Made by a program: the position numbers and the translations under genes
Source of the DNA: Puniceicoccales bacterium
GTDB lineage: Bacteria; Verrucomicrobiota; Verrucomicrobiia; Opitutales; LL51
Direction of reading: 5' to 3'
Length of the DNA stretch: 28,878 nucleotides
Assembly (NCBI GenBank): GCA_031283585.1
Contig: JAITBP010000009.1
Location: forward strand, 1 to 28,878
Part shown: piece by piece, positions 21,308-28,878 of the stretch
How positions within the stretch are numbered: the first letter of the stretch is position 1
Layout: each line of letters starts with the position of its first letter
The notes under the pieces: generated by a model
The model's input: the letters and a program-made list of their open reading frames with translations, nothing else
Told to the model about the DNA's origin: nothing
The model's database searches: none

Positions 21308-22006
21308 CTAACTTTTTTCTTTTGTTTTTAGATCGGAATTAGTTCTACTTTTTTTATTAGCATTGGCAACGCCGTAGCTTTTCGGTCGATCTTTAGGTTT
21401 TTCTACAGAAAAGTTACTTTGTTTGTTAGAACTTTCCTTTGCCTTAGAAGAAAAGCCAAAAAATGACATAATTTTTGAAATGAACGAGGAACAGGCACAC
21501 TTCTTTTTCGTGCAGGCATATTTTTTACCAGTATCATCGTTCCGTGTTCTTTTATTATCAATTCTGCTATATTTTTTCTGGGTTCCATTACGACCAAATT
21601 TACTGCCTCTGTTGCTATCGCTGTCAGGACAAGGTTCTTCCGTGACACCGACCAGGTCCGTACAGGAAGGTTGTGATTGGGTTTTAATATCTTCATGCAC
21701 TGTCGTAGACTTTTTAATCGATACAGGTCGCTTTTGTCCACGTTGTTTGCCACTGTGTTTCATCGATATGGCATCGGACATTACCCTGGAGGTGTCATTC
21801 ACCACAAAGTCTATGGCAGAACCTTGTGGATCACATTTTTTTATAGCGCTACGGGATGCTCTACCTCTTTTTAGTGAGTTACGGCAACACTTATCACTAT
21901 TATCACTTGGATCTGGATTTGTCACTGTGCCATCGCATCCAAAATCACCCTCAATAAACCCGATGCGGTTAGCATCGCTCTTTTTGCTTCTTCTAAAATC
22001 AGACAT
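21308..22006 (-). CDS. Hypothetical highly basic Ser/Lys/Arg-rich, Cys-containing, probably disordered protein
   Basis: 232-aa ORF ending 6 nt before the murA start, in the same orientation. The AT-rich non-coding region begins right upstream of its ATG. Codon third positions are A/T-biased, like neighbouring genes. No recognisable domain. Confidence 0.6.
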   Translation of the reverse strand: MSDFRRSKKSDANRIGFIEGDFGCDGTVTNPDPSDNSDKCCRNSLKRGRASRSAIKKCDPQGSAIDFVVNDTSRVMSDAISMKHSGKQRGQKRPVSIKKSTTVHEDIKTQSQPSCTDLVGVTEEPCPDSDSNRGSKFGRNGTQKKYSRIDNKRTRNDDTGKKYACTKKKCACSSFISKIMSFFGFSSKAKESSNKQSNFSVEKPKDRPKSYGVANANKKSRTNSDLKTKEKS

Positions 22007-22224
22007 CTGTTGTTATAATATAAATCATTTTATGTGTATTTATACACCCTGACTAAAAAACTATAGTGACTAATAATTATTTTTATCAAAATAGATAGCA
22101 AGCTAAAATGAGAAATGTTTTGTAGGATAATTTGTTAGTTATGGTAATTTATAGTAATTTACCAATAAAATACTTGCTTAGCCAGTAGCCATTAATAAAC
22201 TGACATAAACTGAGGCGTAATGTT

Positions 22225-22710
22225 TTGATGGATTATAAAATAGAAGTTGATACTCTGTTACATAAGCTTGGTAAGACTCTGGATCTTCCGAAGCTGGCAT
22301 TGGATGCATATAATAGATGTATTTTGATATTTGATGAAAAAATTGTCCTTAATGTGGAATTAGACGAAGTTAATGGTATATTGATTGTATACTCCTACGT
22401 GTCGGTGGTTCCATTTGAAGGGCGCGAAAGAATTTTTGAAATGCTACTGGAGGCAAACTTTTTTTGGAAAGACTCTGGTGAAGCAACTCTTAGCATAGAT
22501 AAACAAACCCAAACTGTTGTTATGGCCCGTAGATTCGAGTTGCCATTGAAAGAATCCTGTAGTCTGGAAGATAGTCTTGGGGAATTTATTGATAACGTTG
22601 AAATTTGGTCAAAAAAGCTCGAAGGCTTGGCACTGGAAGCTGAAACGCTTGGGAAAGCTGAGAACCTAAGTAAAAATCAAGTCAATCAAAACAGAGATAA
22701 GCTGAGGTAA
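22225..22710 (+). CDS. Class I type III secretion chaperone (CesT/SycE/Scc1-like)
   Basis: About 160 aa. The pattern LLHKLGKTLDLPKLALDAYNRCILIFDEKIVLNVELDEVNGILIVYSYV ... ERIFEMLLEANFFWKDSGEATLSIDKQTQTVVMARRFEL is the typical CesT/Tir-chaperone layout. GAGG lies at 22212-22215. The start is TTG 22225 or, more likely, ATG 22228. Confidence 0.7.
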   Translation: MMDYKIEVDTLLHKLGKTLDLPKLALDAYNRCILIFDEKIVLNVELDEVNGILIVYSYVSVVPFEGRERIFEMLLEANFFWKDSGEATLSIDKQTQTVVMARRFELPLKESCSLEDSLGEFIDNVEIWSKKLEGLALEAETLGKAENLSKNQVNQNRDKLR

Positions 22711-22712
22711 TT

Positions 22713-23063
22713 ATGATGGATGGTATTAATTTAAATAGAGCAGCTGGAGCAGTATTTGGTAAAAATAATGCTAAAATAAATACTAAGGATGCTGTCATTC
22801 CACAGGATGCCGATAAGTTTATGAAGCTTGTGGAATCTGGGCATGTGAGTAGACCTGCTGAAAAAATTTCTATCACCAGTAGAAGTGTTAGACAGCTGGA
22901 CAGAGATGTCAGTTTAAGGGCTCCAAGAACCGTTCATGATACGGCGCGTTCCGTTGATCAACAAGCAGATAACACTCCGCACACCCCATTGGCTAAAAGA
23001 ACCGTACGCACAATCTCCAGCGGCGAACTATCAGCCAAATTGCCAGGTATTCTTAGGAGATAG
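22713..23063 (+). CDS. Hypothetical 116-aa low-complexity basic protein, candidate chaperone cargo
   Basis: Its ATG is 2 nt after the chaperone stop. A GAGG (22704-22707) embedded in the last chaperone codons lies 5 nt upstream. No hydrophobic core and no recognisable domain. Confidence 0.6.
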   Translation: MMDGINLNRAAGAVFGKNNAKINTKDAVIPQDADKFMKLVESGHVSRPAEKISITSRSVRQLDRDVSLRAPRTVHDTARSVDQQADNTPHTPLAKRTVRTISSGELSAKLPGILRR

Positions 23064-23103
23064 TAGGTCCAATCGAAACCTGTTGCTGGTCAGATAAAGC
23101 CTG

Positions 23104-25668
23104 CTAGGCATCACCAGAAATGTCCCGATCATGCTGTGGCTTATTCTTTTTTTGCTTAAAGCATACGTTATTGTCCTTGTCAGTGATTATTGTTAGCGGT
23201 AGGCCCTCGACAATATTTCCTTTCAAAAACTCTTCGGATAGAGGATCTTCGATGTATTTTTCTATGGCTCTTCTTAGTGGTCGAGCACCAAATTTTTTAT
23301 CGTAGCCGTTTTTTATTAGGATTTCTTTGACAGATTCTTCTATTTTGAGCTTTATGTCTTTTGATTCTAGCCGTTCGGCTATCTTTGATATTTCCAAATC
23401 TACTATTTTGCCAAGATCATCATGGGATAGCTGGCGAAATACAATCATGTCTGTCAGTCTATTTATAAATTCTGGTTTGAATGATCGCTTGGCATCTTCG
23501 ATTATGCTTTCTTTGGCTTTCTGGAAATCACTTTCATCTCCGGAACCAAAGCCCAGCGTTGTGCTTTTTTGTAGAAATTGGGCACCAATATTGGTTGTCA
23601 TTATCAGTATGGTGTTTCTGAAATCAACTTTCCGTCCAAGACTATCCGTAAGATGTCCATCTTCAAGGACCTGAAGCAATATCTGTAGAATATCAGGATG
23701 GGCCTTTTCTATCTCATCGAAGAGCACGACCGAGTAGGGCTTTCTTCTTACGGCTTCGGTGAGTTGACCGCCCTCGTCGTAGCCCACATAACCAGGTGGT
23801 GACCCTATCATCCTCGATACGGCAAACTTTTCCATATACTCGGACATATCAACCTGGATTAAAGAGTCGTTACTTCCGAACATCTTTTCGGCCAACACCT
23901 TGGCAAGATGAGTCTTGCCGACACCGGTGGGGCCAAGGAATAGGAAAGCTCCTATGGGCCTTTTGGGGTCTTTAAGATCGGCTCTTGACCTGCGCAGAGC
24001 CCGGGCTATGGCGTCGGTGGCTTCATTTTGACCTATGACCATGCTGCGCAATTCGTCGGCCATTTTTAATAACCGCTCGCTTTCTTTTTGTTCTATTCGC
24101 GCCAGAGGAATGCCCGTCCAATTGGATACTATTTTATAGATATCTTCTGGTCCTATCATTGCCCGATGATCTTTTCTAGATTTACGCCATTTTTCTAGTA
24201 CTAGATCCCTTTCTTCCTTCAATTTTTTTTCTTCATCACGGAACCTGGCCGCATCTTCGAATTTCTGTTCGGATATGGCCCTTTCTTTTAACCCACACAC
24301 TTCTTCAACTTTTTTCGACAATTTTTCTATTTTCGGCGGACGATTCATCGTGTTGATATGGGCCCGAGATCCTGATTCATCCAAGATATCTATCGCCTTA
24401 TCTGGTAAAAACCTACCGCTTATGTACCTGTCGGACAGTTTGACTGCAAGTTCGATGGCTTCGTCAGAATATTTGACATTATGATGTGCTTCATATTTTT
24501 CCCGGATACCGAAGAGGATTTTCGTTGCGTCTTCGATGCTAGGCGGATCTATATATATGGGTTGGAATCTCCGTTCTAGGGCGGCGTCTTTTTCTATATT
24601 TTTTCTATATTCCGCTATGGTTGTGGCGCCTATACATTGTATTTCTCCACGGGATAGGGCAGGCTTTAGGATATTTGAGGCATCCATTGAGCCCTCGGAG
24701 GATCCGGCACCGACGATGGTGTGAAGTTCATCAAGAAAAAGTATTATATTTCGGCTTCGCCTTATCTCTTCCATGACGGCCTTCAGCCTTTCCTCAAATT
24801 GACCACGATATTTTGTTCCAGCCACCATTAGTGCCAGATCAAGAGTTATAACCTTTTTGCCAGTAAGGAGATCTGGTACGTTTTCATCGGCGATGGCCTG
24901 GGCAAGACCCTCGGCTATGGCCGTTTTACCAACACCGGCTTCACCGATTAGAGCCGGGTTGTTTTTAGTTCTTCGGCAAAGCACCTGAATGGTCCGCTCT
25001 ATTTCTTTTGCCCGGCCTATGACTGGATCCAGCTGGCCTTCCCTTGCCAATGCGGTGAGATCTCGGCCGAAAGCTTTGAGAGCTGGTGTTTTCTGTTCAC
25101 GTTGTGTAAGTGGTTGAGAATGACCATATTCCTGCATATCATCATCGTCAGAGTCCTCGGTATTTTTTGTAGGTTGGAGGCCGATAAAATTTGGATCCAA
25201 TTCGGATAGAATTTCATTCCTACAGGCATCTATATCCACACCAAATTCAGTAAGTACTTTTGCAGCAATTCCTTCGGTTTCTCTCATCAGACCCAGTAGC
25301 AGATGCTCGGTACCTATGTATGGATGGTTCAAAGCCTTAGCCTCATTGGCTGCGGATATGAGGACTTTTTTGACCCTTGGAGTGAATGGTATCGAATCCA
25401 GATGTTGTCCGGCGGTTGTATCATCCTCATGGGTTACTTCGGCCACCATATCCTGAACCTTCTGCTTTATGTCATCACTTTCTATACCAAGATGTTGCAG
25501 AACATTAACGGCTATTCCTTGGCCCAACTCAATCAGTCCAAGCAGTAGGTGTTCAGTGCCTACGTAGTTTTGGCCAAGACGGTCGGCTGCCTGTCTAGCG
25601 AGCACCAACACCTGTTGGGCCCTTGGAGTAAAATTCATTGGATTCATGTCTAGTGCGGTAGTATACAA
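23104..25668 (-). CDS. clpC: ATP-dependent Clp protease ATP-binding subunit ClpC
   Basis: Two Clp_N repeats ([26 protein letters not shown]). AAA1 has GEAGVGKT and [11 protein letters not shown]-like linker [21 protein letters not shown]2 has GPTGVGKT and [15 protein letters not shown] loop is present. The track start is TTG; ATG at 25647 ([11 protein letters not shown]) is the more likely start. Confidence 0.95.
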   Translation of the reverse strand: MYTTALDMNPMNFTPRAQQVLVLARQAADRLGQNYVGTEHLLLGLIELGQGIAVNVLQHLGIESDDIKQKVQDMVAEVTHEDDTTAGQHLDSIPFTPRVKKVLISAANEAKALNHPYIGTEHLLLGLMRETEGIAAKVLTEFGVDIDACRNEILSELDPNFIGLQPTKNTEDSDDDDMQEYGHSQPLTQREQKTPALKAFGRDLTALAREGQLDPVIGRAKEIERTIQVLCRRTKNNPALIGEAGVGKTAIAEGLAQAIADENVPDLLTGKKVITLDLALMVAGTKYRGQFEERLKAVMEEIRRSRNIILFLDELHTIVGAGSSEGSMDASNILKPALSRGEIQCIGATTIAEYRKNIEKDAALERRFQPIYIDPPSIEDATKILFGIREKYEAHHNVKYSDEAIELAVKLSDRYISGRFLPDKAIDILDESGSRAHINTMNRPPKIEKLSKKVEEVCGLKERAISEQKFEDAARFRDEEKKLKEERDLVLEKWRKSRKDHRAMIGPEDIYKIVSNWTGIPLARIEQKESERLLKMADELRSMVIGQNEATDAIARALRRSRADLKDPKRPIGAFLFLGPTGVGKTHLAKVLAEKMFGSNDSLIQVDMSEYMEKFAVSRMIGSPPGYVGYDEGGQLTEAVRRKPYSVVLFDEIEKAHPDILQILLQVLEDGHLTDSLGRKVDFRNTILIMTTNIGAQFLQKSTTLGFGSGDESDFQKAKESIIEDAKRSFKPEFINRLTDMIVFRQLSHDDLGKIVDLEISKIAERLESKDIKLKIEESVKEILIKNGYDKKFGARPLRRAIEKYIEDPLSEEFLKGNIVEGLPLTIITDKDNNVCFKQKKNKPQHDRDISGDA

Positions 25669-25733
25669 TCTAAATGGCTAAATCAATCAATAAGAATTGA
25701 AATGAGATTATTAGTGGAGTAAGCCATTGGACA

Positions 25734-27746
25734 TTAGGTAGCCAGATATTCCAGGATGGTGTCTAATATTTTGTCAAATTGTCGGGGTGTTATGGTGTAG
25801 GGTGGCATGGTATAGATCAGGTTACCGATGGGTCTAAGCCCTATGCCTTTCCCGTGGCAAAATGATGTAAATCGTTCTCTGTCAACAGGTTTGTCCATTT
25901 CTATCACACCAATACTTCCCAGGATACGTAGGTCTTTTACACCTGGAAAGCCATTCAGCTGGGATAATTTGTTGATCATTTGATTCTGTAGGGCCATGAC
26001 CCGGCCATGCCAATCCTGGCTTGACAGTAGAGAAAGACTTGCGATGCCAGCAGCACAGGCCAGTGGGTTGGCCATGAATGTTGGGCCATGTAGGATTACC
26101 TGCCCCTGGTTACAAATTCCGTCGGTGATTTTTTCTGTGGTTAATGTAACTCCAAGGGACAGAGCTCCGCCGGTTAATCCTTTCCCCAGGCACATTATAT
26201 CCGGTTGAATCCTGGCAAAATCGCAGGCAAACATCCTGCCGGTACGCCCAAACCCGGTTGCTATCTCATCGGCAACCAAGAGGATATCATATTTTGTACA
26301 GAGGTTTCTGAAGATTTCCAGGTACTCCTTGCTATAGAACCAGAAACCGCCGGCACACTGGGCTACGGGCTCAAAAATCATACCGGCTAGTTCCTGACTG
26401 TGGGCTGCGAAAAAATTCTCATATTTTCGTGTTTCTTCTTCAATATCAAAGACTTCTCCAAATCGATAGGATGGTTTTGGCAGGAACACCTGTTTTGGTA
26501 GAACCGAGGCAAGGGATCGATGCATTCCACCGGTGGGATCACAGACCGACATGGCCCACAATGTGTCTCCGTGGTAGCCACCAGCCAGTGAAAGAAACTT
26601 GGTTTTTTGCCGATTACCGACGCCTTGCCAATACTGTACGGCCATTTTCATTGCCACCTCAACGGCCACGGATCCGGAATCGGAATAAAAAACTTTCTGA
26701 AGATTTTTTGGTACGATTTCCAACAAATTTTCACAAAGTTTTACTGCCGGTTCATGGGTAAATCCACCAAACATGACGTGGGAAAATTTGTCGATCTGAG
26801 ATTTCAGGTGATCATTCAATTGGCCATTGTTATGCCCGTGGATGGTGGCCCACCAGGAAGATATGCCATCTATAAGTTGTTTGCCATTAGCAGTGTATAG
26901 TTCACAATCCCGGGCATAGATTATCTGCTCCACCGGCTGCGGATTTTTTGGACAGTCATAGGGATGCAGCAGGTGTTTTCTGTCGAAGGAAATTATATCC
27001 TGAGGAGCTTCAGTATGGTTGCCATAGAAGATGATATCGTCGAGTAGATTGCTGATGGGATCAAAGTCGGTTGCATTCATCGTAGCCTTGGAAGATAGAT
27101 GCTCTAGAAATGGCACAACCAGGCATTTTATTCCAGTTCGTTGGGAAATCTGTTTGATATTATCTTCTAGTATGTACTGGCTATGGCTATTCTGGAAATG
27201 AGGCTGATTCATGACCAGGGCAGAAATGACCAACCCATTACGCCGGAGTTCATTGATGGAAAGCAATGTGTTATTTATTGCACCAAGCCTATTTTCCGTA
27301 ACCAGTAGAATTGGGCCGGCCAATGCTGTCATCAAGTTCAACATGGTAAACCCGTTAGCATCTATAGGAACCAGTATTCCTCCGGAACCTTCCACTATTG
27401 TTAGATTATTTCGTGTTCTTATTTCTTCTATTTTTGCTAGTAGCCCATCTGGATTTATTTGGTGACCTTCCAGTCTGGACGCTAGATCAGGGGAGCATGG
27501 AGCTTTGAGGTATTCAAGACAATGGACTTCGCATTCATTGGTTAGATCTGAAACCGCTTTGTTATAAATGTCTATGTCTTTGGAAGGGCCTGTGATGTCG
27601 ATGGGATTGTACCCGGTTTGTATTGGCTTAATTATTGCTGTTTTCAAACCCTGCTTGACCGCATTACGAAATAAGGCCGATGAAATTATTGTTTTTCCAA
27701 CTTCGGTATCGGTCCCGGTTACGAAAAGTAGATTTTTTCTCTTCAT
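25734..27746 (-). CDS. bioD-bioA: Bifunctional dethiobiotin synthetase / adenosylmethionine-8-amino-7-oxononanoate aminotransferase (BioD-BioA fusion)
   Basis: 670 aa. The N-terminal approximately 230 aa have the BioD P-loop (FVTGTDTEVGKT) and EGSGG. The C-terminal approximately 430 aa align by eye with BioA (FDRKHLLHPY, SSWWATIHGHNN, SHVMFGGFTHEPA, ADEIATGFGRTGRMFA, PLP-Lys motif LGKGLTGG). Confidence 0.9.
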   Translation of the reverse strand: MKRKNLLFVTGTDTEVGKTIISSALFRNAVKQGLKTAIIKPIQTGYNPIDITGPSKDIDIYNKAVSDLTNECEVHCLEYLKAPCSPDLASRLEGHQINPDGLLAKIEEIRTRNNLTIVEGSGGILVPIDANGFTMLNLMTALAGPILLVTENRLGAINNTLLSINELRRNGLVISALVMNQPHFQNSHSQYILEDNIKQISQRTGIKCLVVPFLEHLSSKATMNATDFDPISNLLDDIIFYGNHTEAPQDIISFDRKHLLHPYDCPKNPQPVEQIIYARDCELYTANGKQLIDGISSWWATIHGHNNGQLNDHLKSQIDKFSHVMFGGFTHEPAVKLCENLLEIVPKNLQKVFYSDSGSVAVEVAMKMAVQYWQGVGNRQKTKFLSLAGGYHGDTLWAMSVCDPTGGMHRSLASVLPKQVFLPKPSYRFGEVFDIEEETRKYENFFAAHSQELAGMIFEPVAQCAGGFWFYSKEYLEIFRNLCTKYDILLVADEIATGFGRTGRMFACDFARIQPDIMCLGKGLTGGALSLGVTLTTEKITDGICNQGQVILHGPTFMANPLACAAGIASLSLLSSQDWHGRVMALQNQMINKLSQLNGFPGVKDLRILGSIGVIEMDKPVDRERFTSFCHGKGIGLRPIGNLIYTMPPYTITPRQFDKILDTILEYLAT

Positions 27747-28723
27747 TCCTGAAAAGCTAGGCCAAGTTTTTTGATATTCTCCAGATCTCTTGCGATCGAT
27801 TCACCACCGGTGGTCAAATAGTCTCCAACCATAACCGCATCGGCTCCGGCTTTGAAAATTTCGTACTGTCGATCGCCAAGGATATCCTTTCTACCTCCAC
27901 AAATCCGGATACTTATGTCCTGTAGAACTAACCGAAAGATGGCTATGATTCTTAGAGCTTCATCGGCTGATAGCGGTGGTAGATTTTCAAACGGCGTCCC
28001 CTGGTGTCTGTATAGAAAATTTATTGGAACGCTATCGGGTTTCAATCTGTATAGTTCGAAGGCGAAATCCAGGCGATCGCTCCAGGTTTCGCCGCAGCCA
28101 AAAATTCCACCTACGCAGGTTTCCAGACCTACGGTTTTTGCATTTTTAGCCGTGGTTAGTCTATCTCTCCATTTTTGTGTGGTACATATTTTTGGATAGA
28201 AAGCCTCGGAGGTTTCCAAATTATGGTGAAATCTTGTCAAGCCATTCTGTTTTAGATACCTGAGATCGTCGATGCTCAATCTCCCCAGTGATCCACATAG
28301 GCGCTGTTTGTTCTCGGTAGCTAGGTTCTTGAGTACCTGGGCCAGAGATTCCACGTCCTGATTGCCAAGTTTGCCTCCACTGGTGACAACCCCGCATTTA
28401 TTTGCGCCAGAATTGAGGACTTCCTGTATTTTTTTTCTAAGCGTTTCTTTATCAAGGAATTTGTATGTGTCAATCTGGGTTTGATGAAACGAACTTTGGG
28501 AACAGAATTTGCAGTCCATATCGCAAATCCCAGACCGGGCATTGATTATTCCACAAAGATGAATTTTGTTACCGAAGTATTTTTCTCTTAAAGAGTTAGC
28601 CTTCCGGAATAGCTCTTCACTGGAGTAGGTTGTGGCGATGGTCAAAGCAACTTTCTTTGTCAGCATACAAGGGATTGGTGCAACTATGGCCGTAGAAGTC
28701 AATATATAAAGGAATGGTAGCAA
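27743..28723 (-). CDS. bioB: Biotin synthase (radical SAM)
   Basis: Radical SAM motif CDMDCKFCSQS, followed by the GANKCGVVTSG, HHNLETS and GGIFGCGET blocks typical of BioB. Its stop overlaps the bioD-bioA start by 4 nt (ATGA). The track start is TTG 28723, preceded by AGGG. The internal ATG at 28666 (MLTKKVAL...) gives a more BioB-like N-terminus. Confidence 0.9.
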   Translation of the reverse strand: MLPFLYILTSTAIVAPIPCMLTKKVALTIATTYSSEELFRKANSLREKYFGNKIHLCGIINARSGICDMDCKFCSQSSFHQTQIDTYKFLDKETLRKKIQEVLNSGANKCGVVTSGGKLGNQDVESLAQVLKNLATENKQRLCGSLGRLSIDDLRYLKQNGLTRFHHNLETSEAFYPKICTTQKWRDRLTTAKNAKTVGLETCVGGIFGCGETWSDRLDFAFELYRLKPDSVPINFLYRHQGTPFENLPPLSADEALRIIAIFRLVLQDISIRICGGRKDILGDRQYEIFKAGADAVMVGDYLTTGGESIARDLENIKKLGLAFQE

Positions 28724-28732
28724 AACACCCTA

Positions 28733-28760
28733 GGCCAAGCAATAAAAATTGCATTTGGCC
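28733..28760 (-). terminator. Strong palindromic hairpin: candidate terminator of the upstream gene or operator of the bio operon
   Basis: GGCCAAGCAAT-AAAA-ATTGCATTTGGCC: 11 bp with one bulged A. On the transcribed (minus) strand it is followed by TAGGGTGTTTTGC. It lies between the partial CDS stop (28794) and the bioB start. Confidence 0.35.
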
Positions 28761-28793
28761 TGGTAGATTAGGCTGACTAGGATTGATGGATTG

Positions 28794-28878
28794 CTAGGAT
28801 TCGTCTGCGATAAAATCGGCTTCGAGTTTGTTAACGCCATCGATCAATTGCTTGGATAGTGTTACAATACCGGTCACT
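28794..28878 (-). CDS. 3' end of an unidentified CDS running off the window (..VTGIVTLSKQLIDGVNKLEADFIADES*)
   Basis: Open frame of 27 codons on the minus strand, ending in TAG at 28794-28796. It is too short to assign. Its position upstream of bioB would fit another bio gene such as bioF, but the sequence does not establish that. Confidence 0.3.
   Translation of the reverse strand, partial: VTGIVTLSKQLIDGVNKLEADFIADES

Noticed and set aside
21423-22052. 209-aa plus-strand ORF (and the 116-aa minus ORF at 21403-21753) overlapping the basic orphan gene
   Set aside because: The plus ORF is the Phe/Leu-rich mirror of a Lys/Ser-rich frame. It runs into the AT-rich intergenic region and has no operon logic. 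The 21308-22006 minus frame abuts murA and starts at the edge of the non-coding DNA. Expression data would settle which is real.
22713-23063. Possible FlgM-like anti-sigma factor (the C-terminal ISSGELSAKLPGIL vaguely resembles the FlgM IRNGELKMDTGKIADAL)
   Set aside because: The match is only a few residues in a low-complexity protein. The rest of the FlgM domain pattern is absent and no flagellar genes are nearby. I kept it as an unassigned candidate chaperone cargo.

Overview
This window comes from an AT-rich bacterial chromosome. All family calls were made by eye from motifs in the supplied translations and the DNA; no database search or folding program was run.

The gene content suggests a chlamydia-like (PVC/Chlamydiota) organism. 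The clues are a CesT/Scc1-type class I type III secretion chaperone, ClpC, a eukaryote-like SNF2 helicase, retained murA, and mostly weak Shine-Dalgarno sites. This taxonomic call is inference only.

Layout:
- 1-3.5 kb: 3' part of an rRNA operon (tRNA-Ala, tRNA-Ile, 23S, 5S).
- 3.5-11.7 kb: DoxX-like membrane protein, DUF167/YggU, an RsuA/RluB-family pseudouridine synthase, aspS, an SNF2 helicase and an anaerobic class III ribonucleotide reductase (nrdD).
- 11.7-13.5 kb: two tandem paralogous orphan genes with acidic tails.
- 13.5-21.3 kb: RNase P RNA (rnpB), a secA-clpX-TPR-like cluster, and murA.
- 21.3-23.1 kb: a highly basic Ser/Lys-rich orphan protein, then a type III secretion chaperone tightly coupled to a 116-aa orphan.
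- 23.1-28.9 kb: clpC and a biotin operon (bioB, then a fused bioD-bioA).

I saw no CRISPR array, transposase, integrase, phage gene or recognisable defence system.

The parts most likely to hold undescribed biology are:
- the duplicated MDFN-family orphan pair with a repeat-built acidic Ser-rich tail (11.7-13.5 kb);
- the small accessory block between murA and clpC (basic orphan, chaperone and candidate secreted substrate; 21.3-23.1 kb).

Smaller oddities:
- a structurally aberrant spacer tRNA-Ala in reversed Ala-Ile order;
- an nrdD with no adjacent activase;
- a BioD-BioA fusion;
- clpX following secA instead of clpP;
- phased T-tracts between aspS and the SNF2 gene.
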